NCBI GenBank assembly: GCA_030603385.1
Contig: JAUVXW010000008.1
Span: 64,001 to 128,000 of the forward strand
Length of the DNA stretch: 64,000 nt
Reading direction: 5' to 3'
DNA from: Promethearchaeota archaeon
Lineage (GTDB): Archaea > Asgardarchaeota > Lokiarchaeia > Sigyniarchaeales > SOKP01
A model generated the notes under the pieces. The model was not told where the DNA came from. It saw only the letters and a program-made list of their open reading frames with translations, and searched no databases. The stretch's first letter is position 1; every line of letters begins with the position of its first letter. The position numbers and the translations under genes were made by a program. This document shows, one piece after another, positions 29,365 to 38,740 of the stretch.

Positions 29365-30834
29365 TTATATAATTATTCCAATTTGCTTCAGCATTTTGAA
29401 CATTATTCTTCTAGTAATTTCTGGGTCAGCTTGTCCCTTAGTTTTACCCATAACTCTACCTATTAAAGCTTCAATTGCTTTTGGATTTTTACGACAATCT
29501 TCAACGATTTTCGGGTTTTCTTTAATTACTTCTTTACAATTTCCTTCAATAATTTCTTCATTAGAAATTCTCTTTTTACCTTTCTTCTCAATTATTTTAG
29601 AAATAGAAGAACCATTCATCATTTCACTTATGAATGTTTTTGCTATTTTAGTGGTAATCTTTCCTTCATTAATGTTGTTGATTAAATCAACTACCAGTTT
29701 GGGTTGAACTTTTGTTTCTGTTATTGTCTTATTTTGCTCATTTAAATGCCGCAATATATCATTCATCAGCCAATTACAAAATTGTTTATACTCATTCGGG
29801 CCGAACGATGGGTCAGAATTCACTCCATCTTCATAAAAGTCAGCGATATCTTTATCTAGAACTAAATTCTCTGAGTCAAATTCTGATAAATTATAATCTC
29901 TTTGAAGTCTTATTGCTCTCTCGTTTGGCATTTCTGGTAATTTATCTTTAACTTGCTGGATGAAATCTTTATCAATTGCTATTGGAACTAAATCTTGTTC
30001 AGGAAAGTAGCGATAATCTTCTTCAAATTCTTTCATTCTTAGCGAAATAGTAATCCTTCTTTTATCGTCCCAATGTCTTGTTTCCTGGGTTAGCTTCTTA
30101 CCTCGTTTTAATAGATTTCTTTGTCTCTGAATTTCCCACTTTAACGCACGTTCTACTTCCTTAAAACTGCTAATATTTTTAACCTCACTTCGCTCATGTC
30201 CTTTAATTGATATATTAGCATCCACTCGAGCAGCTCCAGTTAAGTCTAAATTTGATATCCTTGTATATTGAACAATTGACTTTAATTGTTTGAGAAACTC
30301 TCTCGCTTCTTCAGGAGATCTAATAACTGGTTCGGATACGATTTCAATAAGACAAACACCAGATCGATTGTAATCCACTAAAGTATATGGAGATGTCGCG
30401 ATTGACCCTTTATGTACCAATCTTGCTGGATCCTCTTCTAAATGGATTCTGTTAAGTCTTATCTCTTTTTTTTTGCCATTTATTTTAACTGTTATATTCC
30501 CTCTATCTGCGAAAGCTCTCCCTCCTGCTTTATTGTACTGACTTATCTGAAAGCCCTTTGGTAAGTCTACGTAGAAATAATTTTTCCGGAAGAAAAACAT
30601 TGAATCATTAATTTTACTATCTAATGCTAATGCAAGTCTTGTAGCAAATTCGATTGCTCTTTCGTTTATCACAGGCAATGATCCCGGTAACCCTAAACAA
30701 ATGGGACAATTATGAGAATTTGGTTCAGCTCCTCTATAATCTGCATTACAACTGCAGAATAGTTTAGTTTTCAAATTGGTGAGTTGAATATGAACTTCTA
30801 ATCCAATTATCACGTCTTCATAATTAGAACTCAC
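29365..30834 (-). CDS. gatB: Asp/Glu-tRNA amidotransferase subunit B
   Basis: IGLEVHIQL, RKNYFY.DLPKGFQISQ, HLEED, YRYFPE; probable GTG start at 30834 after GGAGG. Confidence 0.95.
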   Translation of the reverse strand: MSSNYEDVIIGLEVHIQLTNLKTKLFCSCNADYRGAEPNSHNCPICLGLPGSLPVINERAIEFATRLALALDSKINDSMFFFRKNYFYVDLPKGFQISQYNKAGGRAFADRGNITVKINGKKKEIRLNRIHLEEDPARLVHKGSIATSPYTLVDYNRSGVCLIEIVSEPVIRSPEEAREFLKQLKSIVQYTRISNLDLTGAARVDANISIKGHERSEVKNISSFKEVERALKWEIQRQRNLLKRGKKLTQETRHWDDKRRITISLRMKEFEEDYRYFPEQDLVPIAIDKDFIQQVKDKLPEMPNERAIRLQRDYNLSEFDSENLVLDKDIADFYEDGVNSDPSFGPNEYKQFCNWLMNDILRHLNEQNKTITETKVQPKLVVDLINNINEGKITTKIAKTFISEMMNGSSISKIIEKKGKKRISNEEIIEGNCKEVIKENPKIVEDCRKNPKAIEALIGRVMGKTKGQADPEITRRIMFKMLKQIGIII

Positions 30835-30835
30835 T

Positions 30836-32317
30836 CTAATTCCCTCCATCTTTAATAGGAGCTAGTTTCCTAAAGAAATTTAATTCTTTCTCAAGTAAAT
30901 ATCCGATATTGAGAATTATTTTTTCACTGAAATAATTACCAATAATTTGAAATCCAATCGGAAGGCCTTTCGTATCAAATCCACATGGAATCGAAAGAGC
31001 AGGTAAACCCGCAAGATTCACGGGACAAGTTAAAATATCCATAAAATACATCTGTAATGGGTCATTTACTAATTCTCCAATTTTGAATGCCGTGGTGGGC
31101 ATTGTAGGGCATACGATAGCATCACATTGATTTAAAGCATTTTGAAAGTCATTTTTAATAAGAGTTCTAACTTTCAATGCCTTAATATAAAACATATCAT
31201 AATAACCAGCAGATAGGGTATAACTTCCTAGTATAATCCTTCTCCTTACTTCCCTTCCAAATCTTTCACCCCGAGTTTTACTATAAACCTCATATAAATC
31301 TCCACTAAGATCACTGCTCATACTTCCGTATCTTAAACCATCATACCTAGCCAAATTCGAACTTGCTTCGCTCATTGCTATTAAATAATAAGTAGGAATC
31401 GCATATTCTAAATGTGGAAAGGAAATCTCAATTGTCTCAGCTCCTAAACTATTCAATTTATTAATGGCTCCTTTTACTTTATTTTTTACTTCCTTCTCCA
31501 AACCTTCACCAAAAAATTCTTTAGGAATCCCAAGAGTCATTTTTGAAATTGGGTTTTGAAGTTCTTCTGTGTATTTATCCACCTTAATATCAACTGTAGT
31601 GGAGTCTAAAGGATCATAACCAGCAATGATTTCTAATAATATTGCTGTGTCATATACACATCTTGATATAGGTCCAATTTGATCTAACGAATTTGCATAT
31701 GAAACTAATCCATATCTAGAAACTCTCCCATATGTTGGTTTTAAACCCACTACACCACAATAAGAAGCGGGACATCTAATACTTCCCCCTGTATCACTTC
31801 CTAGTGAAACTGGCGTTTGACCTGAAGCTACACATGAACCCGATCCTCCACTTGATCCTCCCGGAACTCTTTCTAGGTCCCAAGGATTATAAGTTGGGCC
31901 ATAACAACTATTTTCAGTAGAAGAGCCCATAGCAAATTCATCCATATTTGTACGACCCACACATATTGCTCCTTCCTTTTCGATTAAACGGTTAATAACA
32001 GTAGCATTATAAGGTGGATAATATCCTTCTAAAATCTTAGAGCCACAAGTAGTAGGACTATCCTTAATACAAATAAGATCTTTTATTCCCATAGGTAATC
32101 CATAAAGTCTCCCTACAGGCTTACCTTTATTTAATTTTTCATCTAATTGTTTTGCTTTGTTTAGTGCTTTTTCTTTAGATAGGTGAACAAAAGAATGTAA
32201 TTTGTCTTCAGTTTTTTCTATTCTTTCATAAATTTGGTATATTAATTCTTCGATGGTAATTTCTTTACTCTTTATTTTCTCAATTAGTTCATATGCCATG
32301 TATTCATAGAGTTTCAT
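30836..32317 (-). CDS. gatA: Asp/Glu-tRNA amidotransferase subunit A
   Basis: NMDEFAMGSSTE, GGSSGGS, DTGGSIRCPA, SSNLARYDG. Confidence 0.96.
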   Translation of the reverse strand: MKLYEYMAYELIEKIKSKEITIEELIYQIYERIEKTEDKLHSFVHLSKEKALNKAKQLDEKLNKGKPVGRLYGLPMGIKDLICIKDSPTTCGSKILEGYYPPYNATVINRLIEKEGAICVGRTNMDEFAMGSSTENSCYGPTYNPWDLERVPGGSSGGSGSCVASGQTPVSLGSDTGGSIRCPASYCGVVGLKPTYGRVSRYGLVSYANSLDQIGPISRCVYDTAILLEIIAGYDPLDSTTVDIKVDKYTEELQNPISKMTLGIPKEFFGEGLEKEVKNKVKGAINKLNSLGAETIEISFPHLEYAIPTYYLIAMSEASSNLARYDGLRYGSMSSDLSGDLYEVYSKTRGERFGREVRRRIILGSYTLSAGYYDMFYIKALKVRTLIKNDFQNALNQCDAIVCPTMPTTAFKIGELVNDPLQMYFMDILTCPVNLAGLPALSIPCGFDTKGLPIGFQIIGNYFSEKIILNIGYLLEKELNFFRKLAPIKDGGN

Positions 32318-32397
32318 TTACAGCAAACCACACTTTTAAATATTGTAGGAAAAGGATCTATTTAATATCTCTTATTTGGTGTCATGAGTTCATTTTT

Positions 32398-33699
32398 TTA
32401 AGGTGCTTTTCTTAACATAGTTCTGGGGAATGGAATGGCATCTTTAATATTATCTAACCCACATAACCACATAATAACTCTCTCAACACCTAAACCATAA
32501 CCAGAATGAGGTACACTGCCATAACGCCTCAATTCAAAGTACCACTCATAATTTTTTGGATCTTCCCCGTCAGCTTCTAATCTCTTTATCATATTCTCTA
32601 GTAATAAAGAACGCTCTGAACCACCAACAATTTCACAATATCTTTCTGGCGCTAACATGTCAAAACATAATGCTTCTTTAGGATTTTCTTCACTTGGTGG
32701 TTTATAAAAACCCATAATTTCTGTGGGATAATGCGTGACAACAACAGGAACTTTGAAATGTTCAGCAATTTTCGTTTCTTCCATAGTTCTTAAATCTTTA
32801 CCCCAAGGAACATTCATTTTATATTTTGTATTAAGGATATCTAAAGCTTCTGAATATTTTATAGTTGGATATTCAGCTTCTGTATAATGCTCTAACAATT
32901 TAATATCTCTCTCTAAAATTTCTAGTTCTTTTTTATTATGCTTCAATACTTCTTTCACAATAAACCTAATTTCATCTTTAGCAACTTCTGTAACTTCATC
33001 AAGTTGCATCCACGCAGCTTCCATTTCTGCCATCCAGAATTCTGATAAATGTCTTGATGTTTTTGATTTTTCTGCTCTAAACGTTGGACCCATATTGTAA
33101 ATTTTACCTAATGAAAAAATACCTGCTTCAGCATATAATTGCCATGTTTGACTAAGATATGTTATGTCGTCAAAATATTTAACCTCAAATAGGGTGGCTC
33201 CACCTTCAGATTGGTTGGGTTGGAAAATAGGTGCATCAAATTTATAATAACCATGACTTCTAAAAAATTCATGTATAGCTCCAACAACTGTATGCCTGAT
33301 TTTTAGAATTGCATTTAATTTTCTTGATCTTATCCAAAGATGCCTATTATCATATAAAAGCTCTGGTGATTGATGTTCTGTAATTGGAAACGGTTCAGCT
33401 ATTTGAACGATTTGTAAATCTGACACAGAAACCTCATAACCCGTTGGAGCTCTTTCATCCTCCTTTAGATCCCCTGAAATTTTAACCGAAGATTCAATTG
33501 TTAACTTTTCAGCTTTCTCAAATATCTCTGGGCTCTTAGCTTTTGATATAACACATTGTATTATGTCCGATTCATCCCTTAGGACTATAAATACAAATTT
33601 ATTTGATTTTCTTTCTCTATATACCCAACCTCTTAAATTCACATTAGAATCTTCTTGTTTTAACGATTCTTCAATGGTTGTATATTTTAAATCCTTCAT
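32398..33699 (-). CDS. asnS: asparagine--tRNA ligase
   Basis: FRAEKSKTSRHLSEFWM, EIVGGSER, RRYGSVPHSGYGLGVER, IPFPR. Confidence 0.9.
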   Translation of the reverse strand: MKDLKYTTIEESLKQEDSNVNLRGWVYRERKSNKFVFIVLRDESDIIQCVISKAKSPEIFEKAEKLTIESSVKISGDLKEDERAPTGYEVSVSDLQIVQIAEPFPITEHQSPELLYDNRHLWIRSRKLNAILKIRHTVVGAIHEFFRSHGYYKFDAPIFQPNQSEGGATLFEVKYFDDITYLSQTWQLYAEAGIFSLGKIYNMGPTFRAEKSKTSRHLSEFWMAEMEAAWMQLDEVTEVAKDEIRFIVKEVLKHNKKELEILERDIKLLEHYTEAEYPTIKYSEALDILNTKYKMNVPWGKDLRTMEETKIAEHFKVPVVVTHYPTEIMGFYKPPSEENPKEALCFDMLAPERYCEIVGGSERSLLLENMIKRLEADGEDPKNYEWYFELRRYGSVPHSGYGLGVERVIMWLCGLDNIKDAIPFPRTMLRKAP

Positions 33700-33793
33700 T
33701 TTTGAATTGTGAGAATGTTTTATGAATTTAAACTTACAATACTAGTAGAAATAAGCGATTTCTAAAAAATTTGACTGATTTTAATTCTAAAAT

Positions 33794-34579
33794 CTAATTT
33801 TCTTCCTGCTTTCTAAGAAGATATTTAGAGAAGATATTCATATAAAGACACTCTTCCGGTGCCATTTCGGGAGTTAACTGGGGATTTTCCGTGAACTCAA
33901 CATTGCTTCCCCTAATAATAACCACTGGAGTTTGTTGATCAGCTTCACTTAGAAGAAATTGAGCGGCACTAGTAAGATCATCTGCTATCGCTCTCATTGT
34001 AATTTCCATAGGTCTTTTAAAGAGATCTGGGTGTCCTCGCAAATCTTCAACAGGTTCAAATCCAGCTGTAGCTATAGCGATTCCAATAGTACCTTTTCTG
34101 AGAGGTTGAACCCTTGAATCTGCTATTATCACTCCCAGTTTTTCTATCCCAAACTCTTTTCTTAATTCTTTCCAGTATTCCCAAACAACTTTTTTAAGAT
34201 CCTTTGGGAGTAAAACAACTCTATTTGGTCCTGCATTTGATTGATCGATTCCAGCATTAGCAATTAAAAAATTATTCACCTTGGCTAAGATGACATGTGT
34301 CATTCCTCCTAAAATCATTGACGCTTCCTGCATTATCAGTTCTACAAAACGTTCATCCATATCATACTCTTTTGCCATTTCCTTCGCTTTTTCTGAAACA
34401 TTTGTTACATCAGATAGGTTTATCACTCTTCCCTGTGAAGTAGCTATTACTTTTTCTGCAATTACAATAATATCTCCTTCTTTTAAAGATTCCCCTTGTT
34501 TGGCTATGTTTTCAATTATGATACTCAATAAATTATCATTTTCTTTAATAAGGGGTAGTTTAATTGAAAATAGTTCCAT
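33794..34579 (-). CDS. cofE: CofE-family gamma-glutamyl ligase
   Basis: GDIIVIAEKV..SQGR, ANAGIDQSN, IIADS, DLRGHPDLF, TPVVIIRG. Confidence 0.85.
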   Translation of the reverse strand: MELFSIKLPLIKENDNLLSIIIENIAKQGESLKEGDIIVIAEKVIATSQGRVINLSDVTNVSEKAKEMAKEYDMDERFVELIMQEASMILGGMTHVILAKVNNFLIANAGIDQSNAGPNRVVLLPKDLKKVVWEYWKELRKEFGIEKLGVIIADSRVQPLRKGTIGIAIATAGFEPVEDLRGHPDLFKRPMEITMRAIADDLTSAAQFLLSEADQQTPVVIIRGSNVEFTENPQLTPEMAPEECLYMNIFSKYLLRKQEEN

Positions 34580-34761
34580 TGTAGGAAAGAAGAATTAATT
34601 TTATTTAATATTATTTCGGTTTTATCAAAAAGTGGTGATAATTAAGTTAATTAGATAACAAATGAAATAATAAAATTATATCAATGGATAAAATTAACGT
34701 GACTCTAGATCTTCATCAATTAAACTTATTTGAAATAATGAGTTCATTTTATTGATAACAC

Positions 34762-35625
34762 ATGAAAAATTTATACCTGAATTTATTTGATACTTTAGAG
34801 ATTGGGGATAACTTCCCAACGGTAATAATGGGTGTTTTGAATTTAAGTCCTGAGAGTTTTTACCAAGGATCTGTTTATTCCAATACTCACTCTTTAGAGA
34901 ATGCTACAATAGAAATGATAAATAACGGTGCGAAAATATTAGATTTGGGTGCTCGATCTTCTGCTCCCTGGTCTCAAAAAATTACTACTGAAAAAGAAAT
35001 TAACCGATTAAGTTCAGCTATGGAATCTGTTTGCAACATCATTCCAGACGATATTATTATCTCTGTTGATACTCAATATAGTGAAGTTGCTCAAGTTGCT
35101 TATGACATTTCTCTAAAACATAAAAAAAAAATTATCGTCAATGACGTAAGTTGTTTAAAAACAGACCCTTCCCTACAAGATTTTATAATTGAACATGATC
35201 TTCCAATCATTTTAATGGCATCGAAAAAAATTCCCGGAGATTTATGTACAATTGAAGAAATAATCCAAGAATTTGAAAAAACTATAAAAAAACTTCAATC
35301 ACAGGGCTATAATGCGAATCAGATTATTTTAGACCCTGGTATAGGTAAATGGATTAAAAAAAAAGTACATACTTATGATTTGAAAATAATAGGGAATTTA
35401 AAAAAGCTTAGGAAACTTGAGAAACCTATTTTAGTAGCCATTTCAAGAAAATCGTTTATTGGTACTACACTAAATCTTCCTGATCCTGAAGATAGATTGA
35501 GTGGAACGCTCTCTTCAACAGCAATAGCGATCTATAATGGGGCTCATATTGTTCGAACTCATGACGTAGACAAAAGGCTCTTTGAAATGGTAAAAATGGC
35601 TGAGGAAATCCGAAGAAATCAGTAG
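34762..35625 (+). CDS. folP: dihydropteroate synthase
   Basis: MGVLNLSPESF, ISVDT, NDVS, DPGIG, SRKSF, RTHDV. Confidence 0.9.
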   Translation: MKNLYLNLFDTLEIGDNFPTVIMGVLNLSPESFYQGSVYSNTHSLENATIEMINNGAKILDLGARSSAPWSQKITTEKEINRLSSAMESVCNIIPDDIIISVDTQYSEVAQVAYDISLKHKKKIIVNDVSCLKTDPSLQDFIIEHDLPIILMASKKIPGDLCTIEEIIQEFEKTIKKLQSQGYNANQIILDPGIGKWIKKKVHTYDLKIIGNLKKLRKLEKPILVAISRKSFIGTTLNLPDPEDRLSGTLSSTAIAIYNGAHIVRTHDVDKRLFEMVKMAEEIRRNQ

Positions 35626-35908
35626 TTCTCTATTTTTTTGTAAAAAATCTATCTTGAAGAATTGGGCAGGTAGAATTAATAATTATAATAATAATTATTG
35701 AATTGAATATATTATTTAATTAAATAGCAGATCTCCGAATACTGGCAAAATAAAACAACTCTTTAGCGTTCTTGAGCGATGAAAAAATGTACTTATATTT
35801 AAATTTGAGTATTACTATATATTATATGTAAATCGTTAAATTATCACATAAGTTCAATTTAGATTAGATAAATTTAACCTTACAAACTACATGTAAAATC
35901 GAATTCTT

Positions 35909-37933
35909 ATGCCTGAAAAAGAAAATAACTCTTATGATGCTGATGATATCACCGTTTTGAAAGGCTTGGACGGAGTAAGACGTCGTCCAGCAATGTACAT
36001 CGGCGATCAAGGGAAGAAGGGACTTCACCACCTTATTTTTGAAGTACTTGATAACTCTGTCGATGAAGCGATTGGGGGATATGCTGATGAGATAAAGGTA
36101 ACGCTTTACAAAGATAATTCAGTTCAAATATCTGATAATGGTCGGGGGATTCCTATTGATGAACACCCCGAATATAAGAGACCTGCACTTGAAGTAATCA
36201 TGGAACATTTACATGCTGGTGGTAAGTTTGATAATAAAAGTTATAAAATTTCAGGTGGCTTACATGGCATTGGGCTTTCAGTTGTGAATGCTTTAACTGA
36301 ATGGATGGATGTTGAGGTCTGTCGTGATGGACTCCTCTATAAACAGAAATTCTCAAAAGGAAAAAAAGCGACAGAAGCCGAAATAACAGAAGTAAAACCC
36401 ACGAAATCTTACACAAAGATCAAATTTTATCCAGATAATTCTATTTTTGAATTTGATCCAAATGATCCAATATTCAGTGCACATACTATTACTACAAGGA
36501 TACGAGAGCTTGCATTCCTTAATCCACACACGCGATTTGAACTTCATGATAAATTTAAAGACGAAACAGAAGAATTTCATTATGAAGGAGGATTAAAAGA
36601 ATTTGTAACGTATTTAAATAAAGATAGACAGCCTTTACATAATGATATTATTTATATAAGCGATTCTTTTGATGATAAAGATGGTTCTACGGTAATGTGT
36701 GAAATTGCAGCGCAATACAACCAAGGATATCAGACAAATATTCTATCTTATGCAAATACAATAAACACAATTGAGGGAGGAACCCATTTGACCGGATTTA
36801 AATCAGCCTTGACAAGGGGTTTTAATTCTTATATCGAAAATTATATGGAAAAGAAGTATAAAGACCATGTATTAAGTGGGACTGACACAAGAGAAGGATT
36901 ATCCGCAGTAATTTCAGTTAAACTTCCTGAACCTCAATTTGAAAGTCAAACAAAAATTAAGTTAGGAAATCCAGAAATTCGTCAGATTGTAAGCCAGATG
37001 GTTACTGATAGATTAACTCAATATTTAGAGGAACATCCACAAACAGCTAAGAGAATTATTTTAAAAACTATTAATGCTAAAATAGCTCGTGAAGCAGCTC
37101 AAAAAGCTAGATTGCTAATCCGTAGAAAATCTGCATTAGATAGTGCAAGGATGCCTGGCAAACTTGCTGATTGTTCTTCTAATAATCCCGAAGAATCTGA
37201 ACTTTTTATCGTTGAGGGAAATTCAGCTGGAGGTTCTGCTAAGCAAGGAAGAGATAGAAATTACCAAGCCATTCTTCCTCTTAGAGGTAAGATATTAAAT
37301 GTAGAAAAAGCACGTATAGATAAGGTACTTCAAAACAATGAGATTCAATCTATTATCAAGGTCTTGGGAGTAGGATTTCAAGAAGATAATGAACAAAATG
37401 GGACAAATGGGACAAATGCTGGAACTGAAGAAGCTGAAGAAACTGAAAAAAACTTAGATTTAAGTAAGTTGCGATATCACAAAGTAGTAATAATGTGTGA
37501 CGCAGATATCGATGGTTTCCATATTGAAACCTTATTACTTACTTTCTTTTTTAGATATATGCGTCCTTTAATAGATGAAGGACATCTCTATATTGCATGT
37601 CCGCCGTTATATAAAGTCAGTTATAAGAAAAATAAAGAATATGTTTACACAGATAAAGAAAAAGATGATTTTATCCAAGAACTAAAAACAAAATATGAAC
37701 TAAAAGATACATCCTCAGTTAAGATCTCTCGATATAAAGGGCTTGGTGAAATGAATGCAGAGGAGCTCTATATGACAACAATGAATAGAGACACTAGGAA
37801 ACTAAAGAAAGTTACTTATGAAGATTATTTAGAAAACGATTTAATGTTTACTAAACTCATGGGTAAAGAAGTAAAACCCCGGAAAAAGTTTATAATCAGC
37901 CATTTTGATGAAGTAAATGTGTTAGATATCTAA
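35909..37933 (+). CDS. gyrB: DNA gyrase subunit B
   Basis: VRRRPAMYIG, EVLDNSVDE, DNGRGIP, VEGNSAGG, PLRGKILNV, DADIDG, RYKGLGEM. Confidence 0.96.
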   Translation: MPEKENNSYDADDITVLKGLDGVRRRPAMYIGDQGKKGLHHLIFEVLDNSVDEAIGGYADEIKVTLYKDNSVQISDNGRGIPIDEHPEYKRPALEVIMEHLHAGGKFDNKSYKISGGLHGIGLSVVNALTEWMDVEVCRDGLLYKQKFSKGKKATEAEITEVKPTKSYTKIKFYPDNSIFEFDPNDPIFSAHTITTRIRELAFLNPHTRFELHDKFKDETEEFHYEGGLKEFVTYLNKDRQPLHNDIIYISDSFDDKDGSTVMCEIAAQYNQGYQTNILSYANTINTIEGGTHLTGFKSALTRGFNSYIENYMEKKYKDHVLSGTDTREGLSAVISVKLPEPQFESQTKIKLGNPEIRQIVSQMVTDRLTQYLEEHPQTAKRIILKTINAKIAREAAQKARLLIRRKSALDSARMPGKLADCSSNNPEESELFIVEGNSAGGSAKQGRDRNYQAILPLRGKILNVEKARIDKVLQNNEIQSIIKVLGVGFQEDNEQNGTNGTNAGTEEAEETEKNLDLSKLRYHKVVIMCDADIDGFHIETLLLTFFFRYMRPLIDEGHLYIACPPLYKVSYKKNKEYVYTDKEKDDFIQELKTKYELKDTSSVKISRYKGLGEMNAEELYMTTMNRDTRKLKKVTYEDYLENDLMFTKLMGKEVKPRKKFIISHFDEVNVLDI

Positions 37934-37948
37934 TCTATATAATTTTAT
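37914..37948 (+). repeat. 35-bp direct repeat, left copy (includes gyrB last codons and stop)
   Basis: TAAATGTGTTAGATATCTAATCTATATAATTTTAT; 33/35 match to 38674-38708. Confidence 0.9.
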
Positions 37949-37988
37949 GCAAATATTCAAAATAAATATGCAAATATTCAAAATAAAT
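37947..37988 (+). repeat. perfect 21-bp tandem duplication (MQIFKIN x2)
   Basis: ATGCAAATATTCAAAATAAAT twice. Confidence 0.95.
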
Positions 37989-38672
37989 AGTTATATAACA
38001 TTAAAGTTGGAAAATAGTAAGACTAATATTTACATCAATGAAATTTTATTTAGACAATGTAAATACTTATTATTAAAAAGACTAAAAATTAATGACTTAG
38101 GAACTTATTTAAACGAATTCAAATCTATTGATGAAGAATCTGAGAATTTAGATCATTCATTAGAGCATGAGCCTTCTGAAATACCGCCTAAGACCGAGTT
38201 TTGGGCACATTGTTCCAATCTACAAGTCTGGGCAGAACATAACTACGATACCAATATGCTACATTATTCGCTTTCGTTTGATCTTTTGAAGAAATTAGCA
38301 GAGGTCGGTGATATACAAGCAAAAAGAGGATTTAAAGATGAATTAGTTAGAAGGCTTCTAAGTGGTTATATCCCCGTGTTTTGTTACTTATTCTTTGAAG
38401 GGTTCTTGAAAATTTTTTCTAAGGATGAAATAAAAGATATATTGAAGGAAGTTAAAAGAAAAAATTACTTAGTTTACCTCGTCTATTCGACAATCTTAAT
38501 TGGAGAAGATGAAAACTTTCTACAGTATAACAAAAAGAAATTGATAAAATTTACATTTATGATAGAGAATTTTCTAGAATCTGACTGCTTCGAAAATCTC
38601 CATCTAAAAGATCCAGAAATTGATGATTTCGTAAATGCATTAAGAAAATTAAAACAAAAAATAAAAAATTAG
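37947..38672 (+). CDS. Lokiarchaeal-type hypothetical protein (domain usually N-terminal to LRRs), inserted between gyrB and gyrA
   Basis: FKINSYITLKLE..KTNIY...QCKYLLL, SIDE, EFWAHCSNLQVWAEHNYDT, LLKKL..VGD. Confidence 0.8.
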   Translation: MQIFKINMQIFKINSYITLKLENSKTNIYINEILFRQCKYLLLKRLKINDLGTYLNEFKSIDEESENLDHSLEHEPSEIPPKTEFWAHCSNLQVWAEHNYDTNMLHYSLSFDLLKKLAEVGDIQAKRGFKDELVRRLLSGYIPVFCYLFFEGFLKIFSKDEIKDILKEVKRKNYLVYLVYSTILIGEDENFLQYNKKKLIKFTFMIENFLESDCFENLHLKDPEIDDFVNALRKLKQKIKN

Positions 38673-38673
38673 T

Positions 38674-38708
38674 TAAATGTGTTGGATATCTAATTTATAT
38701 AATTTTAT
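38674..38708 (+). repeat. 35-bp direct repeat, right copy
   Basis: TAAATGTGTTGGATATCTAATTTATATAATTTTAT. Confidence 0.9.
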
Positions 38709-38740
38709 ATTTATTTAAATTAAAATATTAGGTCATTATT

